DNA of 64,000 nt from Octopus vulgaris. Lineage: Eukaryota. The translations under genes were made by a program, and so were the position numbers. Below are positions 1 to 13,257 of this stretch, piece by piece. The notes under the pieces were generated by a model. That model searched no databases. It saw only the letters and a list, made by a program, of their open reading frames with translations, and had not been told where the DNA came from. Each line of letters opens with the position of its first letter. Position 1 is the first letter of the stretch. The stretch spans positions 181,536,001 through 181,600,000 of the forward strand of contig OX597815.1 in assembly GCA_951406725.2 (NCBI GenBank), read 5' to 3'.

Positions 1-98
1 TGAACATAGGCCAACGAGTCATTGTGCCTTCCTCTTCATCGGAAATATATAATATATACACGAGGCACATACTGGAATTGATATAATCACAAATACTT

Positions 99-330
99 AA
101 GGCGGCGAGCTGGCAGAAACATTAGCACGCCGGGCGAAATGCGTAATCGTATTTCGTCTGCCGTTACGCTCTGAGTTCAAATTCCGCCGAGGTCGACTTT
201 GCCTTTCATCATTTCGGGGTCGATAAATTAACTACCAGTTACGCACTGGTGTCGATGCAATAAACTTAATCCTTTTGTCTGTCCTTGTTTGTCTCCTCTG
301 TGTTTAGCCCGTTGTGGGTAGTAAAGAAAT
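99..330 (+). mobile_element. tRNA-derived SINE, family A (tail type A), full length
   Basis: Head aaggcggcgagctggcagaaac..., B-box-like gagttcaaattcc, core gcctttcatc...ggggtcgataaa...taccag, tail ...tagcccgttgtgggtagtaaagaaat. 17-bp TSD atataatc(a/c)caaatact at 81-97 and 331-347. More than 10 related copies in the window. Confidence 0.9.
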
Positions 331-984
331 ATATAATCCCAAATACTCCTGTTTATCTTAGGCCAGTATGATACCCACTATGGCTTCTATATTATCCTCA
401 TGGAAAGCAAATTTTTGACTGGACTATTACGTTTGAAGTTGTTAGAGGAAAGAATGAATATTTACATCCAGTATATAATGCAAATTTTGACTGCCGTTCT
501 TTTAGATTATTCAATATGTCCTGCTTTTTAAGACAACAGTTGTGAATCTAAAAGGAAGCAAAATAAGGCATTTAACATAGTAATATATTGTTTTTCAGAA
601 GTTGGACACTTATTCCTATCGCATTTTAATCCAAAGTCGTCAATACCCTGAATAATGACTCTTCTCAAATTCACCTGATGCCTAATTTACATGTATTATA
701 ATGATTAATTAATAAGCTTCAAATCTCGAGCAAACTATAGCTTTTCTCACGTATATGGTTCGAAGATATGATTAATGCTGTCAAATGTGAATACTTTTTA
801 GTAGACAACTGAAAATCTGTTGTATCCAACGAATAGCTATCGAGAGAATAATAGATTTTATACTTTATTTTACCATTTGCTTGATCTGCTTTAGGATAAA
901 ATATGAATAGACGTGGCCGACACATCACAAAATGAAGGAAAGAGGAGTAGATAGTGTGGTTAATATGAAAGAAATATATAGGCA

Positions 985-1010
985 GACAAAGAGGTAGACA
1001 GATAAAGCGT

Positions 1011-1076
<66 letters not shown>

Positions 1077-1153
1077 AATAGATAGATAGACAGATAGAAA
1101 TAGGTAGATAGATAGATAGATAGACAGATAGAAATAGGTAGATAGATAGATAA

Positions 1154-1186
<33 letters not shown>

Positions 1187-1221
1187 CAGACAGATAGAAA
1201 TAGGTAGATAGATAAATAGAG

Positions 1222-1266
<45 letters not shown>
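985..1266. repeat. Compound (TAGA)n/(CAGA)n microsatellite, 3' flank of the Tx1 LINE
   Basis: Direct reading. Variant block agatagaaataggtagatag recurs and is shared with the array at 3009-3512. Confidence 0.97.
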
Positions 1267-3003
1267 TGTTTCTTTATTAGCCACACAGGGCTGCATACAG
1301 ATAGAACAAATTACAAGGTAAAGCTTTTCTTTTGAAGGTTTTAAAAAAAAAAAAAAAAGGAAAGGAAGGGGGAGTTTCGATCAAAAGGGATCGTAAAAGG
1401 AGAGAAAGTGGACAAAAAAAGGGGGGTTAAAAAAAGGGGGAGAGGAAAAAAAAAATTGATCAATAGGGATCGTTATCACAGAAATGTCAATATGAAGTGT
1501 AAAGGGGAGGACAGGTGAGGTTTACCCGTGGAAAGAAAAGCCTACGGAATAGACCACGGTAACCTCGGTCAATGGAGTCACATGTTATATTTCTTTTTTT
1601 TTTTTTTTTGCAAATAAGCAACTCTCTGTTTTCAATTTCTGCGTTCATAGGATCATGCTCAAGGTGGCTTCGTCATTCATACGTGCCATTCTTGCTACAT
1701 TCACCCATCTTTTTTTAAAACGTTCGCTAGACAAAACTTGCCTCTCTACTCTCACTTTCCTTTTCAAGTGGTATTTGAAGAAGTTGATGAGAGATTGACC
1801 AGAGAGGAAAGTGTTTGTCTCCAATCCTTTCAGACGCGTCCACCAGATACATTCTTTCGCCATAGCCACAAGGATGATGAAAATAGCTCTTCCTTCCCGT
1901 TTGAAGGAGGGAGGCGTGACAATATTAACGATAGACTCAGCTGATAAACCGACTCGTCCCACACGTGACAGCAGTTGTTCGACACAAGCCCACAGGTCGG
2001 AAATTGTTGGACACTGCACGAGTGCGTGCAGAACGGTTTCGTCGCTCTGACCGCATCTCGGGCAGGTCGACCCCGTGTTTCTCGAGCCGTGTCTGTAGAG
2101 CTTATCCCGAACGGGTAGCGCTTCTCGGTAGCACTGCCAGGCCAGGGATCTCTGGAAGTTGTCCATGGGCCCTGGCCCGAAAGTCGTCCTGAACAGGCGG
2201 GTCAGGTACTCCTCGTCGACGTCCAGGTTCGCCCCGAGCTCGTCGTCGTACCTCCCCTCCACTAAACCCCTATAGAATGCTTTGGTTGTGTTGAAGTCAC
2301 TCAAGGTCGACCCAGGACGGCAGAGTTGCTTGAGAGCAACGCGACACTCGCGGTGCCATTCGCCCTTCTTCGGCCTCTTTTTGATCCACGACTGCAGTTC
2401 GGTCATGGAGACGAGCTGCGGGAAAGCGTGCCTCACAAACGGCGACCACACCTGTTCACCGTCGTCTACATAGAGCCAGAGATGTCGCAGTCTCAGCGCG
2501 TGTCTGCGCATCATCAACCACGGCATGCCCAGCCCTCCTTTTAACGGGTGTTGACAGCAAATGGATCGCCTGACCATCGGGACGCATCCTTTCCACAAGA
2601 AGCGAAAGAGAATGCGTTGTAGTTTGGTGATGGTAGGGTCGGGACAAGGTACGACGGTCAGGCGGTAGTAGATAACGGACGCGATGTACGTGTTCGCCAC
2701 CTCCGCCCGGCCTTTTAGGGACAGTTTCCTCTCGGCCCATTGCCGGGCGAGAGTGACCACCCTACTCGTTATCTCATTCCAGTTCTTTTCCACTTGGAGG
2801 TCCGGACCAAACCAGACCCCGAGCAACTCAACCGGGCCGTCGGTCCAGCGTCCCACGACGGAGGCGCTGGTGGACGGCATGGGCTTGCTTCTCCAGGTGC
2901 CTAGTCGCAAGCCCACTGACTTTTCCCGGTTGATTTTCGCTCCTGTCACCGCTTCGTAGTTTTTCAGTGTCTCGCCGACCTGCTCGATGTGCTCGTGGCT
3001 AGA
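1267..3003 (-). mobile_element. 5'-truncated non-LTR retrotransposon, Tx1 clade (L1 group)
   Basis: GC-rich island with an uninterrupted ORF2 3' half, a T-rich 3' UTR (1267-1644), and AATAAA just before a (TCTA)n tract. Both ends lie in the microsatellite. Confidence 0.9.
1645..3003 (-). CDS. Tx1-like ORF2 C-terminal part (end of RT/thumb region + CCHC zf-RVT); partial, no true start
   Basis: Motifs [40 protein letters not shown] and CPRC-x8-H-x4-C ([18 protein letters not shown]) are typical of L1/Tx1 ORF2. About 450 codons without a stop. The YLSI-repeat N-terminus of the called 543-aa ORF is microsatellite read-through. Confidence 0.9.
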   Translation of the reverse strand, partial: SSHEHIEQVGETLKNYEAVTGAKINREKSVGLRLGTWRSKPMPSTSASVVGRWTDGPVELLGVWFGPDLQVEKNWNEITSRVVTLARQWAERKLSLKGRAEVANTYIASVIYYRLTVVPCPDPTITKLQRILFRFLWKGCVPMVRRSICCQHPLKGGLGMPWLMMRRHALRLRHLWLYVDDGEQVWSPFVRHAFPQLVSMTELQSWIKKRPKKGEWHRECRVALKQLCRPGSTLSDFNTTKAFYRGLVEGRYDDELGANLDVDEEYLTRLFRTTFGPGPMDNFQRSLAWQCYREALPVRDKLYRHGSRNTGSTCPRCGQSDETVLHALVQCPTISDLWACVEQLLSRVGRVGLSAESIVNIVTPPSFKREGRAIFIILVAMAKECIWWTRLKGLETNTFLSGQSLINFFKYHLKRKVRVERQVLSSERFKKRWVNVARMARMNDEATLSMIL

Positions 3004-3008
3004 CACTA

Positions 3009-3512
<504 letters not shown>

Positions 3513-3981
3513 CTTTATTTCTATAAACAAAGAGATTACATAAGAACCTTGGTTAAACGAACGCACAGACAAAAACTACTTCTTAACAGGATATAATTTC
3601 TATTATTGTCATTTGCAGTAATGTGGGAGGTGCATTATTATATGCGATGTTGCAAAAAACAAGAATGGTTATAGACCCATATATCAAGACAGCAAATGTC
3701 AAGATGAAAATAGAAAGTCACAGAACGACATTTGTAGCAATAAAAATCCTAAATGAATGCACCATCCTTGAGGATACTCTGTATGGCTTGTTCTAAAATA
3801 TAAATCGAACTCATTGCTTTTCAGAGCTGGATTGTTTCGTTTCCTTAACTGTAGGTTATTTAAGTTTGTAAAATCTGGAGTCGAACACCACTTAAATTCG
3901 TTCAATTAATCATAGAGTATATTACAAAAAACATAAAGAACGAAAATGCAATATCACCGATCCGTTTATCTTGCACGCATT

Positions 3982-4196
3982 CTTTTCTACTCTAGGTACA
4001 AAGCCTAGAGTTTTGGGGGAGAGAGCCAGTCGATTAGATCGATCCCAGTATGCAAATGGTACTTAATTTATCGACCCCGAAAGGATAAAAGACAAAATCG
4101 GCCTCGGCGGAATTTGAACTCAGAACGTAAAGACAGACGAAATACCTCTAAACATTTTGCCAGGTTTGCAAACGTTTCTGCCAGCTCGCTGCCTTT
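3982..4196 (-). mobile_element. SINE family A head/core with tail type B
   Basis: Reverse complement of the family A head/core; tail ...aggctttgtacctagagtagaaaaga. Imperfect TSD tttatctt(g/aca)cacgcatt on both sides. Confidence 0.85.
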
Positions 4197-5241
4197 TATC
4201 TTACACACGCATTACGAATAGCCTGGATAGCCTGGCACAACCGAAGCACTGCAAAATACATATTTAATCTATCGACTAAAATGCCTAAGTAAAAGAGGTG
4301 TTTTGGCCTTGAAAAGACTAGCATGGCACCTAATTGCATTCTGTCTGTGGCATTTTAGTCGATCAAATGAAGAATGGTTAAATATGCACTTATCAATGTG
4401 CAGCAACTGGCTTGTGCGAGAGGATTGGAAACGCGTGTAAGCTCAGTGAATCGTTGATAATGCACCTACCTTTTGTCTTATTCTCTCTATATATATATGT
4501 GATAAAATGATTCTTTTATAGAACTATCCCATATCTTATATTAAGCTACAATAATACTGAATACTGTCTATTGTACATCCTCGTAGAGTCTTGCTTCATG
4601 AATCTACAAGAAAGCACAATAATCTTAAAGCTACGTTCATGATAGTTTCCGAGGAATAGTCATAATATAAAGTTGTCCAGATATATCTGGTTAAAGCCTA
4701 ACTCTGTAGCATAAATTTTCATAGAAATATAGAAAATTTTAATTGTGCAAATAGCCACCGATTTTTGACAATGCAGTACTTTACTGTCGGAAGTGTGTAC
4801 ATAACTTGTTTAATTTCCGATAATTTCAGATTTTCCTGGCTACTGACGCCTCTGGCTAGACTTCAATGATGTCAATCAGTTCACAGAATCACAATCATTA
4901 CACGCTACAAGGTATACATACTCACACACACACATATAAATATATGTATGTATATGTATATATTTATGTGTATGTATATGTGTGTATGTATATATAAATA
5001 TATATGTATATATATTTATGAATGTATGCATTTATGTATACGAAAAATTTTGCATTTATTCAGCTCGCCTATATATTATATATAAGTTACATAATACCAA
5101 GCCAAATTTGTTATGTAACTATTATAGATAGACTTGGCGTATAAAAAATTCAAAATGTGCGTATTGTACACCTTACCATATACCGTACATACATACATAC
5201 ATGCCTGCATACATGTGTGTGTATATATATATATAGATATG

Positions 5242-5303
<62 letters not shown>

Positions 5304-5373
5304 TCCCGGGTTGAGTTGGGGTTAACCACAGTAAATAAGGTACTCAATACATACCAGAGTAAATTAATTTATT

Positions 5374-5481
5374 TTATAGAAGGAGCTTCTACAGGACTAG
5401 AACTGTTTCATTCAAATGAAATCATCAGGAAGCTTCCTGATGATTTCATTTGAATGAAACAGTAGAAGCTCCTTCTATAAA
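5374..5481. ncRNA. Palindromic pair of candidate hammerhead ribozymes sharing a central AAGCTT
   Basis: Minus strand reads agcttc-CTGATGA-tttcatttgaat-GAAAC-ag.ttctagtc.ct-GTA-gaagct. The plus-strand copy is identical except for a deleted loop III. Confidence 0.65.
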
Positions 5482-5512
<31 letters not shown>

Positions 5513-5677
5513 TATCTACACACACATACATAACTACATATGTGTGTGTGTGTGCGTACGTGTATGTATGTGTATATGTGCATATGTGGATTCTATGAAC
5601 GAAGTTTTACTTACACCATGCCTATTGGAGTAATTTCCCTTTATTCAACGGGTTTTTCGTAGCGTTTTGGTTTGTCT

Positions 5678-5740
5678 TAATGACTGATGAGATGCTGGAG
5701 GAGACTTCAGCCCCGGCATCCGAAACTCTGAGTTTTATTA
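5678..5740 (+). ncRNA. Candidate type I hammerhead ribozyme in a dispersed repeat (relatives at 61138 and about 26140)
   Basis: taatga-CTGATGA-gatgctgg...ccggcatcc-GAAAC-tctga-GTT-ttatta; helices I, II and III can all be paired. Confidence 0.7.
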
Positions 5741-5884
5741 TGACAACCAAGTAATTGTCACATATTATATTTATAGTTAAATTCCTCGATTTTACATAAT
5801 ATCGAAGTCTCATTCATTCTTTTGTTGTCATATTATTATTATGACTATATATATGATAGATCGCCAGCCACTAAGCCTTTTTCC

Positions 5885-6040
5885 TATTTTCTCTCCCTGT
5901 TTACTTCTGTGTTCCTTTCTCTCGAAGAGCGTAGGCTCGAAACGTAAAAGACTTTCTCCCTTCCCGAGCGTTACAAACATATGTTTGTTGTTTACACTAC
6001 ACGTCTTCGTCTTTTGTTTTTTTTTTGTAAATTTTCATTA
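5885..6040 (+). repeat. Short repeat of the GAGCgtagGCTC hammerhead family, degenerate core, ending at (TA)n
   Basis: cttt-CTCTCGA-agagcgtaggctc-GAAAC-GTA-aaag. Body similar to copies at 16560-16750, 18963-19100 and 45880-46165. Confidence 0.7.
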
Positions 6041-6054
6041 TATATATATATAAT

Positions 6055-6266
6055 ATTAGGGAGTAAATCCAAACTTACAGGGAAAAATTAGATTTAGGAT
6101 TAAATCAAATTTCACAGTATAAATATAAATTAAATAATTTAAATTTTTTAATTTTATATTTTATATATTTTGTATATTATATTATATTTATTTTCATGTT
6201 TTGGTTTATGTTTTTCACTGTTTGATTTGCCTAATAGTGGTTTTATCTCTAATTTAATTTATATCT
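6055..6266 (+). repeat. Internally deleted copy of the repeat at 52290-52598
   Basis: Both ends (attagggagtaaatccaaacttacagggaaaaa...; ...gcctaatagtggttttatctctaatttaat) match the reverse complement of 52290-52598. The hammerhead-bearing centre is missing. Confidence 0.75.
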
Positions 6267-6719
6267 ATAACTGTATATATATATATATATATGAAATATG
6301 TTAGGATTCATGTGGATTAGGCACTAAAATGGTAAGGCACCGGGTCGGGTCAAAATTAAAATGCATGCACAGCAACTATGGACAAATACAAACGTTGGTG
6401 CACAAGAACAGGCAGAAAGATATTCAGTTTATGGATACAATTAATTGAACCCTACTGTATATATTACTAGCCCTTGGGCTAATCTAGTAATATACGGTGC
6501 ATCGTATACTTCGGAACATGCATGGAACAGGTTCGGAGAGAGGTAAATCATAAATAATAGATAGCAAACGATAGATAGGTGTCAATCTATTACAGCTGTT
6601 TTCAACGAAGTTTTTGATTGGTTAATACGTGCATTATGTCAATATAAAAAGCCGTTTATTTTCAGATGAGTACCCTAATCGCAATATTGAGAACATTTAA
6701 AAACATTTATAAAAACATT

Positions 6720-6783
<64 letters not shown>

Positions 6784-6785
6784 AG

Positions 6786-6906
6786 AGCTGCTAAACTCCA
6801 AACCACTAATAGCTGTAATTCTGATATGGAAAGAGAAATAAAAACGTTTACCCTCGTTCTCTTTCCATTTCAGAATTACAACTGTTAGTGGTTTGGCGTT
6901 TAGCTG
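6786..6906. repeat. Hairpin/MITE-like inverted repeat, about 48-bp arms
   Basis: gctaaactccaaaccactaatagctgtaattctgatatggaaagagaa pairs with ttctctttccatttcagaattacaactgttagtggtttggcgtttagc. Confidence 0.8.
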
Positions 6907-7722
6907 CTATTTCTAGTGAGTCGGATATCCTATTATGGCCATCCCTTATATATTTGAATGTATGTTACATAGTCTATTGACTATTTTTTCTTTCTCACTT
7001 GACCGCTGGTAGTGGAGAATTTTTCCAGAATTTTATATATATATATATATATGCATGTATGCTTGTATTGGTACAATTGTTATTGTGCTTATTTGTGCAT
7101 TTCTAAAGTATTTTGAAAAATAATCAAATATGCAAGTATGTTTCGTGAGTGTTCGTCTGTGTGTGTGTGAGTATGTGTAATGTAATCATTAGTGAAAAGA
7201 ATGAAATTGCTTATATCTTCCACACCAAAAATATTTTCTTTCCTCACACTGACACATGTCTAATATTTCCTTTTGTACTCAGTGTTGTCTATACAGAAAG
7301 AAGTAAACTGAATCACGTTCTATAAGATTAACTCATCTGTGAGATTAACAAACAAAAAAAATATATATAAATAAAGATACGAACCAAAAATTATTCAAAA
7401 TATGAGTTTTTTTAAATGATTTTCAGACTGGAAGAATATGTAAAAAGTGTTAAATGTGTAATTATTGCTGTTCTCTGTACGTATGAACAGCAACGAATTT
7501 ACCGAAGCATGCGCAATAGAGACATGGTTCCATTTGGGTTCTCGCATTTTAATAAATTATATTTCTATTAAATCACCGTATTTCAAAAACAATGTAAGGA
7601 CATGTTGCTATTTGTGCCTCTCTGACAAGGAACAAATACAAAATTCACTACATATGTATCTGTTCAGCATATGTACAAGACACGTGATCAAATTGTATCT
7701 GTATACGTGTATACAAATGTAT

Positions 7723-7784
<62 letters not shown>

Positions 7785-8625
7785 CAGGGTGCAGTGAAGA
7801 TATTGTCGTCTAAATTACGCAAAGTGATAATAACACTGATATCTTGTTTTAGCAGATATATTTACGAAAATTACACAAAAATATCTTGAAATAACTAAAG
7901 AGTCAATTTATTCAATAAAATCGCTATCGGCTTCAGCCACGGCCTCCAGACGACTTCAGCATCTCCCGCAAATCTTCTGGAAGGTCTCATTGTTTAAACT
8001 GGTGAATGCTGTCATAATCCTTGCCTGGTGTTACAAGGAATTTTGTTGGTCTCTTGCTCAACTGCGCCCCACACATAATAATGAATGGGGTTGCAGTGTG
8101 GAGAGTTAGGTGGCCAGATGTTAGGGTTGATGTGGTTGCAGAAATTGTCTGACAGCCATGGCTGGGTTCTCCTGCTTGTGTGGCATGGTGCAGAGTTCTG
8201 TTGCCAGACAGAGGGTTTTCCAGCAGCCACCCTCTTGAGCCAGAGCAGCACTACCTCCTCCAGGCACTTGATGAATGGCTCCATGTTGAGTGTGAGGCCG
8301 TGTGGGAAGATGAATGGAAACATAACATCGCCATCACTAGTGATCATTCCAAACCCCATGATGTTGACTGGATGTTTGATTTTTATCACTCTCGGTACAT
8401 GTCCTCATATTCACACACTAAAATGTTCTTACTGGGGCTTCTGGTGTGAATGCCAAGCAGTACAGCATGCCGTTTCCAATTTTCTGGCAGAGTGATTGCC
8501 TTTTTTCTTACAAACGGTGCCCAACTGACTCTACTTTACTGTGTAGTCGACAAGTTCAAAAACAAACAATACACATGCATAAAATTAAAAATATAAAATG
8601 TCGACAATTTACCCATCGTACCATG
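7785..8625 (-). mobile_element. Internally deleted Tc1/mariner-superfamily DD37D (maT-like) transposon relic
   Basis: ORF 8012-8389 has WQQ(N)SAPCH...WPPNSPHCNPI(H)YYVW, with 37 residues between the mutated 2nd and 3rd catalytic positions. Degenerate TIRs cagggtgc...attgtcg / cgacaatttacccatcgtaccatg, flanked by TA. Confidence 0.85.
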
Positions 8626-8669
8626 TAGGTATATGTGTGTGTGTATGTGTGTTTATCTGTTATCTTTGA

Positions 8670-9292
8670 TTTGTTTTAGTCATTAGACTGCGGCCACGTT
8701 GGAATACAGCGTTGAAGAATTTAATCGAACGAATCGATTGTTTTTTTAAAAAGACTGGTGCCAATTCTATCAGTCATTTTGCTTAGGCACTGATTTTCAG
8801 TGATGCAGACATACCGGCACCGATTCTTAAGCAGTGTTGGGAGATAAACTCCGACACAAAGTCTCTCTCTCACACACACACATGATGGATTCTTTCAGTT
8901 TCCCTTTACGAAATCCACTCACAAAGCCTTGGTTGGCCCGAGGCTATTGTAGAAGACGCCTTAAGTGTCACGCAACGGGACTGAACCCGGAACCACGTGG
9001 TTGGGAAGTAAATACCTATTTCTTTACTGCCCACAAGGGGCTACACACGGAGGGGACAAACAAGGAGAGACAAACGGAGTAAGTCGATTACATCGACCCC
9101 AGTGCGTAACTGGTACTTAATCTATCGACCCCGAAAGGATGAAAGGCAAAGTCGACCTCAGCGGAATTTGAACTCAGAACGTAGCGGCAGACGAAATACG
9201 GCTACGCATTTCGCCTGGCGAGCTAATGTTTCTGCCAGCTCGCCGCCTTTTGGGAAGCAAATACCTTTACCACACAACCACGCTTGCACCTA
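8670..9292 (-). mobile_element. Decayed SINE family C interrupted by a family A copy
   Basis: Matches 38352-38780 (aaatccactcacaaagcc...ggcccgaggctat...gggactgaacccggaacc) and resumes after the insertion as ttaccacacaaccacg. Confidence 0.8.
9017..9249 (-). mobile_element. SINE family A (tail A), full length
   Basis: Complete reverse-complement copy. 16-bp TSD ttgggaag(t/c)aaatacc at 9001-9016 and 9250-9265. Confidence 0.92.
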
Positions 9293-10141
9293 TATTTATT
9301 TTTCTTGAACTCTAGGACTCATAAAGACGTTTGCCTGGTTTCTATGACATTTAATTTACCGAGATCAAAACGTTCCCAACTAAACGAGACCCCGCATCGT
9401 TGCAGGGACAAACGCCAGCAATCTTGATGGGAGAAGACAATTCAATTACATTGATTTTAGTACTTGTCTGATAAATGATGCACCAGCCCTGGGATTTGAA
9501 CTCAGGACGTAAAGAGCCAGAATGAATACCACAAAGCATTTTGTTCGACGTGTTAAATATTCAACCAACAACACATGATACATTTATTGAGCGCAGATCG
9601 AGAAAGTGGGAAGTTATCTTCACGCCAAATTCATGGAGCGATGATTGCAACAGATTGGAGTTCATAAACTTCACCGAGGGGCCAAATGAAGGCGAACAAC
9701 TGAGAGATAATTTGAGTCTACGAGCCAAGAAAAGAACCGCAGCTTTGACCTGTTTTCAGACAGAGTAGTCAGCCAAACTTCATTCGGATATTTGGGATCG
9801 ACTCAAGTCTATGGCAGACGACACTTGCTCAAAGTTCTGTGTATTGTGATTGAACCGGGAACTACGTAAGTGTAAAGCTATATTTTTTTTATCCTACAGT
9901 CATATTTGTACACTTAAATGTGTGTGCGTTTTTATGCGTACATATGTTGCGTGATTATGTAAAAGTGTGTGTTTGATTGCTATATGATACCTTTTAACTG
10001 CTTCGTGTGTGTGTGTGTGTGTATGAATATACATACATACAGATATATAAATATAGATAACACACAGATTCTCAGAAACATATGCATGACGTGTACATGA
10101 GTGTGTGTGTGCATGTATGTGTGTGTATGTGTATGTGTGTG

Positions 10142-10508
10142 TGGAGGCGCAATGGCCCAGTGGTCAGGGCAGCGGACTCGCGGTTTCAATTCCCAGGCTG
10201 GCGTTGTGAGTGCTTATTGGGCGAAAACGCCTAAAGCTCGGCGAAGCTCTGGCAGGGGTGTTGTGACGAACCCTGCTGTACTCTTTCACCACAACATTCT
10301 CTCACTTTCTTCCCGTTTCTGTTGTACCTGTCTTTCAAAGGGCCAGCCTTGTCACACTCTGTGTCACGCTGAATCTCCCCGAGAACTATGTTAAGGGTAC
10401 ACATGTCTGTGGAGTACTCAACCACTTGCACGTGAATTTCACGAGCAGGTTGTTTTGTAGATAGGATCAACTGGAACCCTCGTCGTCGTAACCGACGGAG
10501 TGCCACAA
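10142..10508 (+). mobile_element. tRNA-derived SINE, group B variant
   Basis: A-box tggcccagtgg and B-box-like gtttcaattccc. Shares gcggactcgcggt and gcgaaaac.cctaaagctc with 34031-34327 but has a different 3' half. Confidence 0.8.
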
Positions 10509-10821
10509 GTGTGTGTGTGCGTGTGTGTGTTGGCTTGTGTCGATGGGTTTATGTATACGACGTTGTAGTTCCGATGAAACATTGTTCTCCATTTCTTCAA
10601 TGTATTTTTAACCTTAACGACAACGTCTAATATTTGAACAGCGGCAACACCGACAGGAAAACCATAAAAGATAAGGCCGAAGCACTTTCCTACGTCAAAG
10701 TCGCAAGCAATAATTTAATAGGAAGAAGTCACTGGTGCCGATGAAATCTGACATAACACCAAATCGATAAATACACAGAATTAGAAACTACGCCAAATTG
10801 TCATCGATATTATTGTTGACA

Positions 10822-10872
10822 TAGTTACTATTATTACCATTATCATGATTGTTATTATTATCATTATTATTA

Positions 10873-10935
<63 letters not shown>

Positions 10936-11170
10936 TATGTTTGACTTTTGCTTTTACATTTGTACAAGTTGGCTCCAAGTCTCACCCAGAGACCTCAAGA
11001 GACAACAAGTTGGAAGTTCATGTTGGTGTTATGCCTAGTGTGCCATATATTTGGTTTTGTACTTAGTGTTGTACTAGTGAATGTGTAAAAAAACCATACG
11101 AAAATTATGTTTGTTTTAAAACTTGAGATTACATAGAAAGTATTTTGCGTAGGATAGATTATTATTATTA

Positions 11171-11231
<61 letters not shown>

Positions 11232-11240
11232 GATTATGAT
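10822..11240. repeat. (TTA)n microsatellite split by a retroelement 3' end
   Basis: Direct reading; arrays at about 10825-10933 and about 11158-11240. Confidence 0.95.
10935..11157 (-). mobile_element. Extreme 3' end of an R4/Dong-like (RLE) non-LTR retrotransposon in (TAA)n
   Basis: Minus strand begins atc cta cgc aaa ata ctt tct atg taa (ILRKILSM*), paralleling ILRGTLSIQ* at about 13912-13940. It is followed by a 3' UTR running into (TAA)n. Confidence 0.6.
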
Positions 11241-12121
11241 TTTGTTCATTATTTGTATACCTCTCTCTCCCCATAAGAACATATCCAAATACAAGAAATT
11301 AGGTGCCTCTGTTTAATCAGTTTGTTTACTTGATTGATGTTTGAGTGCTGACTCTGCTTTCTCAAAAACTGTAGAAGCAAGGAAATGCTTTATTTATTTT
11401 TTTTTGTAACGTCAGTATTTTCAAAATAAAACATGTTGGTATATTTGCTTAATTCGCAAAACGTATTTTAAAGAGTTAGCTGTGTGTATGTTCAGTGGAG
11501 TGTAGGTTACACAGAAAACGGAATGCAAAACTCCATATTGGTTAAATGAAAATCGAAAAGAATTACACGAAAATGTTATTTTCTCTTTCGTCGGATTTGA
11601 TCAAGGAAATAGATATATGGTCATTGAATTAAAGTTATTAAGTGTGAAGGAAATATTTGTAATTCTTAAATGCGAGAGAATACACTCATACGCGCAGTTG
11701 CTTAGAAACACATTTCTTTTATACATTAGTGGAAAACATAAAAAATAGTGTACTTATATATGGAGGTTTTGCACCTCATCGTTCTTCAGCCGGTTAAAAA
11801 AGTAAAATCAACTACATTCAGTTCCCAATGACTTCTGATCTCTTGCCTAAACCGGAAATTATTGTTAACTCTCTCAAAAACTATTTTCTTCAGTCCCTGC
11901 GCATTCTCAATTCGCATCTTGCTACCGCTGATTTTTCGTTTGATCTTCTGGTGATCGATAAAACTGCTCTCAAGAAGTCAATTAAATCGATAACATCCTG
12001 CCATAAAATGTCTGACTTTGTTCCAGATTCAGAAGTCACTATTATTACTGCCAGGAGGGCGAGATAGGAGAATGGAGATGAGCATCGGTAGAGAGAAAAT
12101 GTCGTCTTGTGGTATTTAGTT

Positions 12122-12347
12122 GCGAGCTGGCAGAAACGTTAGCGCACCGGGCGAAATGCGTAGCCGTATTTCGTCTGCCGCTATGTTCTGAGTTCAAATT
12201 CTGCCGAGGTCGAATTTGCCTTTCATCCTTTCGGGTCGATTAAATAAGTACAAGTTACGCACTGGGATCGATATAATCAACTTAATCCGTTTGTATATCC
12301 TTGTTTGTCCCCTCTGTGTTTAACCCCTCGTGGGTAGTAAAGAAATA
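12122..12347 (+). mobile_element. SINE family A (tail A)
   Basis: Near-full copy; 14-bp TSD ggtatttagttgcg at 12111-12124 and 12348-12361. Confidence 0.92.
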
Positions 12348-13257
12348 GGTATTTAGTTGCGTTTCTTAACTCTGCAGTCAACATTCTGCTAATTTTGAGA
12401 TTGTCTTTCACCTTTAAAGCGTTCAGAAAATGAGGACCACTCAAGTACTGGTTCGTTTCCCATAAAATTGTTAGCAATCGTTATGTAAGAAATTAGAAAT
12501 TATAAGTTCTATTAGGAATAACAATCGAGTTATTTTTGGTCTGAGTCCGAGTTGAACTCATATTTCCAGTGTAGAAACGTTAAGAACCAATAAAGTGCCG
12601 AAAAAGATACAATTGACTGCGGCTCCAAACCGGTAACTTCCTTCTTATGCTGGGAATTGTCAATAAAATTTACAAGGTGTAAAAGTGTCAAAAGTGTATT
12701 GCATTAAGTTCAAATAACGCCGAGGACATCTTCATCTCTTCTGGATCAATAAATCAATTAGCAACAAAGTCCTGGTGTCATTTCTCTTCTCTTCTCTCCC
12801 TGTCAGAATCAGCTACGTTTAAGGAGCTACAAAAGAGCATTCGCCTAACCACACTATCAATCAAAAGATTGATGGCGTGGCTGAAGGAATGCTCCTTTCT
12901 TCAACTCAGTGAACTCTCCAAGAAAGATCCACTTAAGATATTAGCAAAAGCAAACATTTTTTGTGGGATATGTTATCGATTATATCGATTTTCAGTAAAA
13001 GCAATAGAAATCTGAGACAATCAAATTTCAGACGATGAGTAGAGTCGATTACAATGGCCTCAGTGCTTAACTGGTATTTTGTTTCATCCACCACGGGAAG
13101 ACGACCGGTTGATCTTAGCGAATTTTAATTCAGAACAGAAATGGCTGCGACTAAATTATAACTTGTAATATTGACACAATGGCAGACATTTTAGGATGGC
13201 TTAGTGGATTAATTCGTCTCCTCTAGTATTTGATTGATACTTTATTGAATCAATCAA

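Noticed and set aside
11800-12480. Possible very old LINE RT remnant on the minus strand (QDDIFSLPML resembles QGDILSPML)
   Set aside because: Only one weak motif by eye; needs a translated HMM search.
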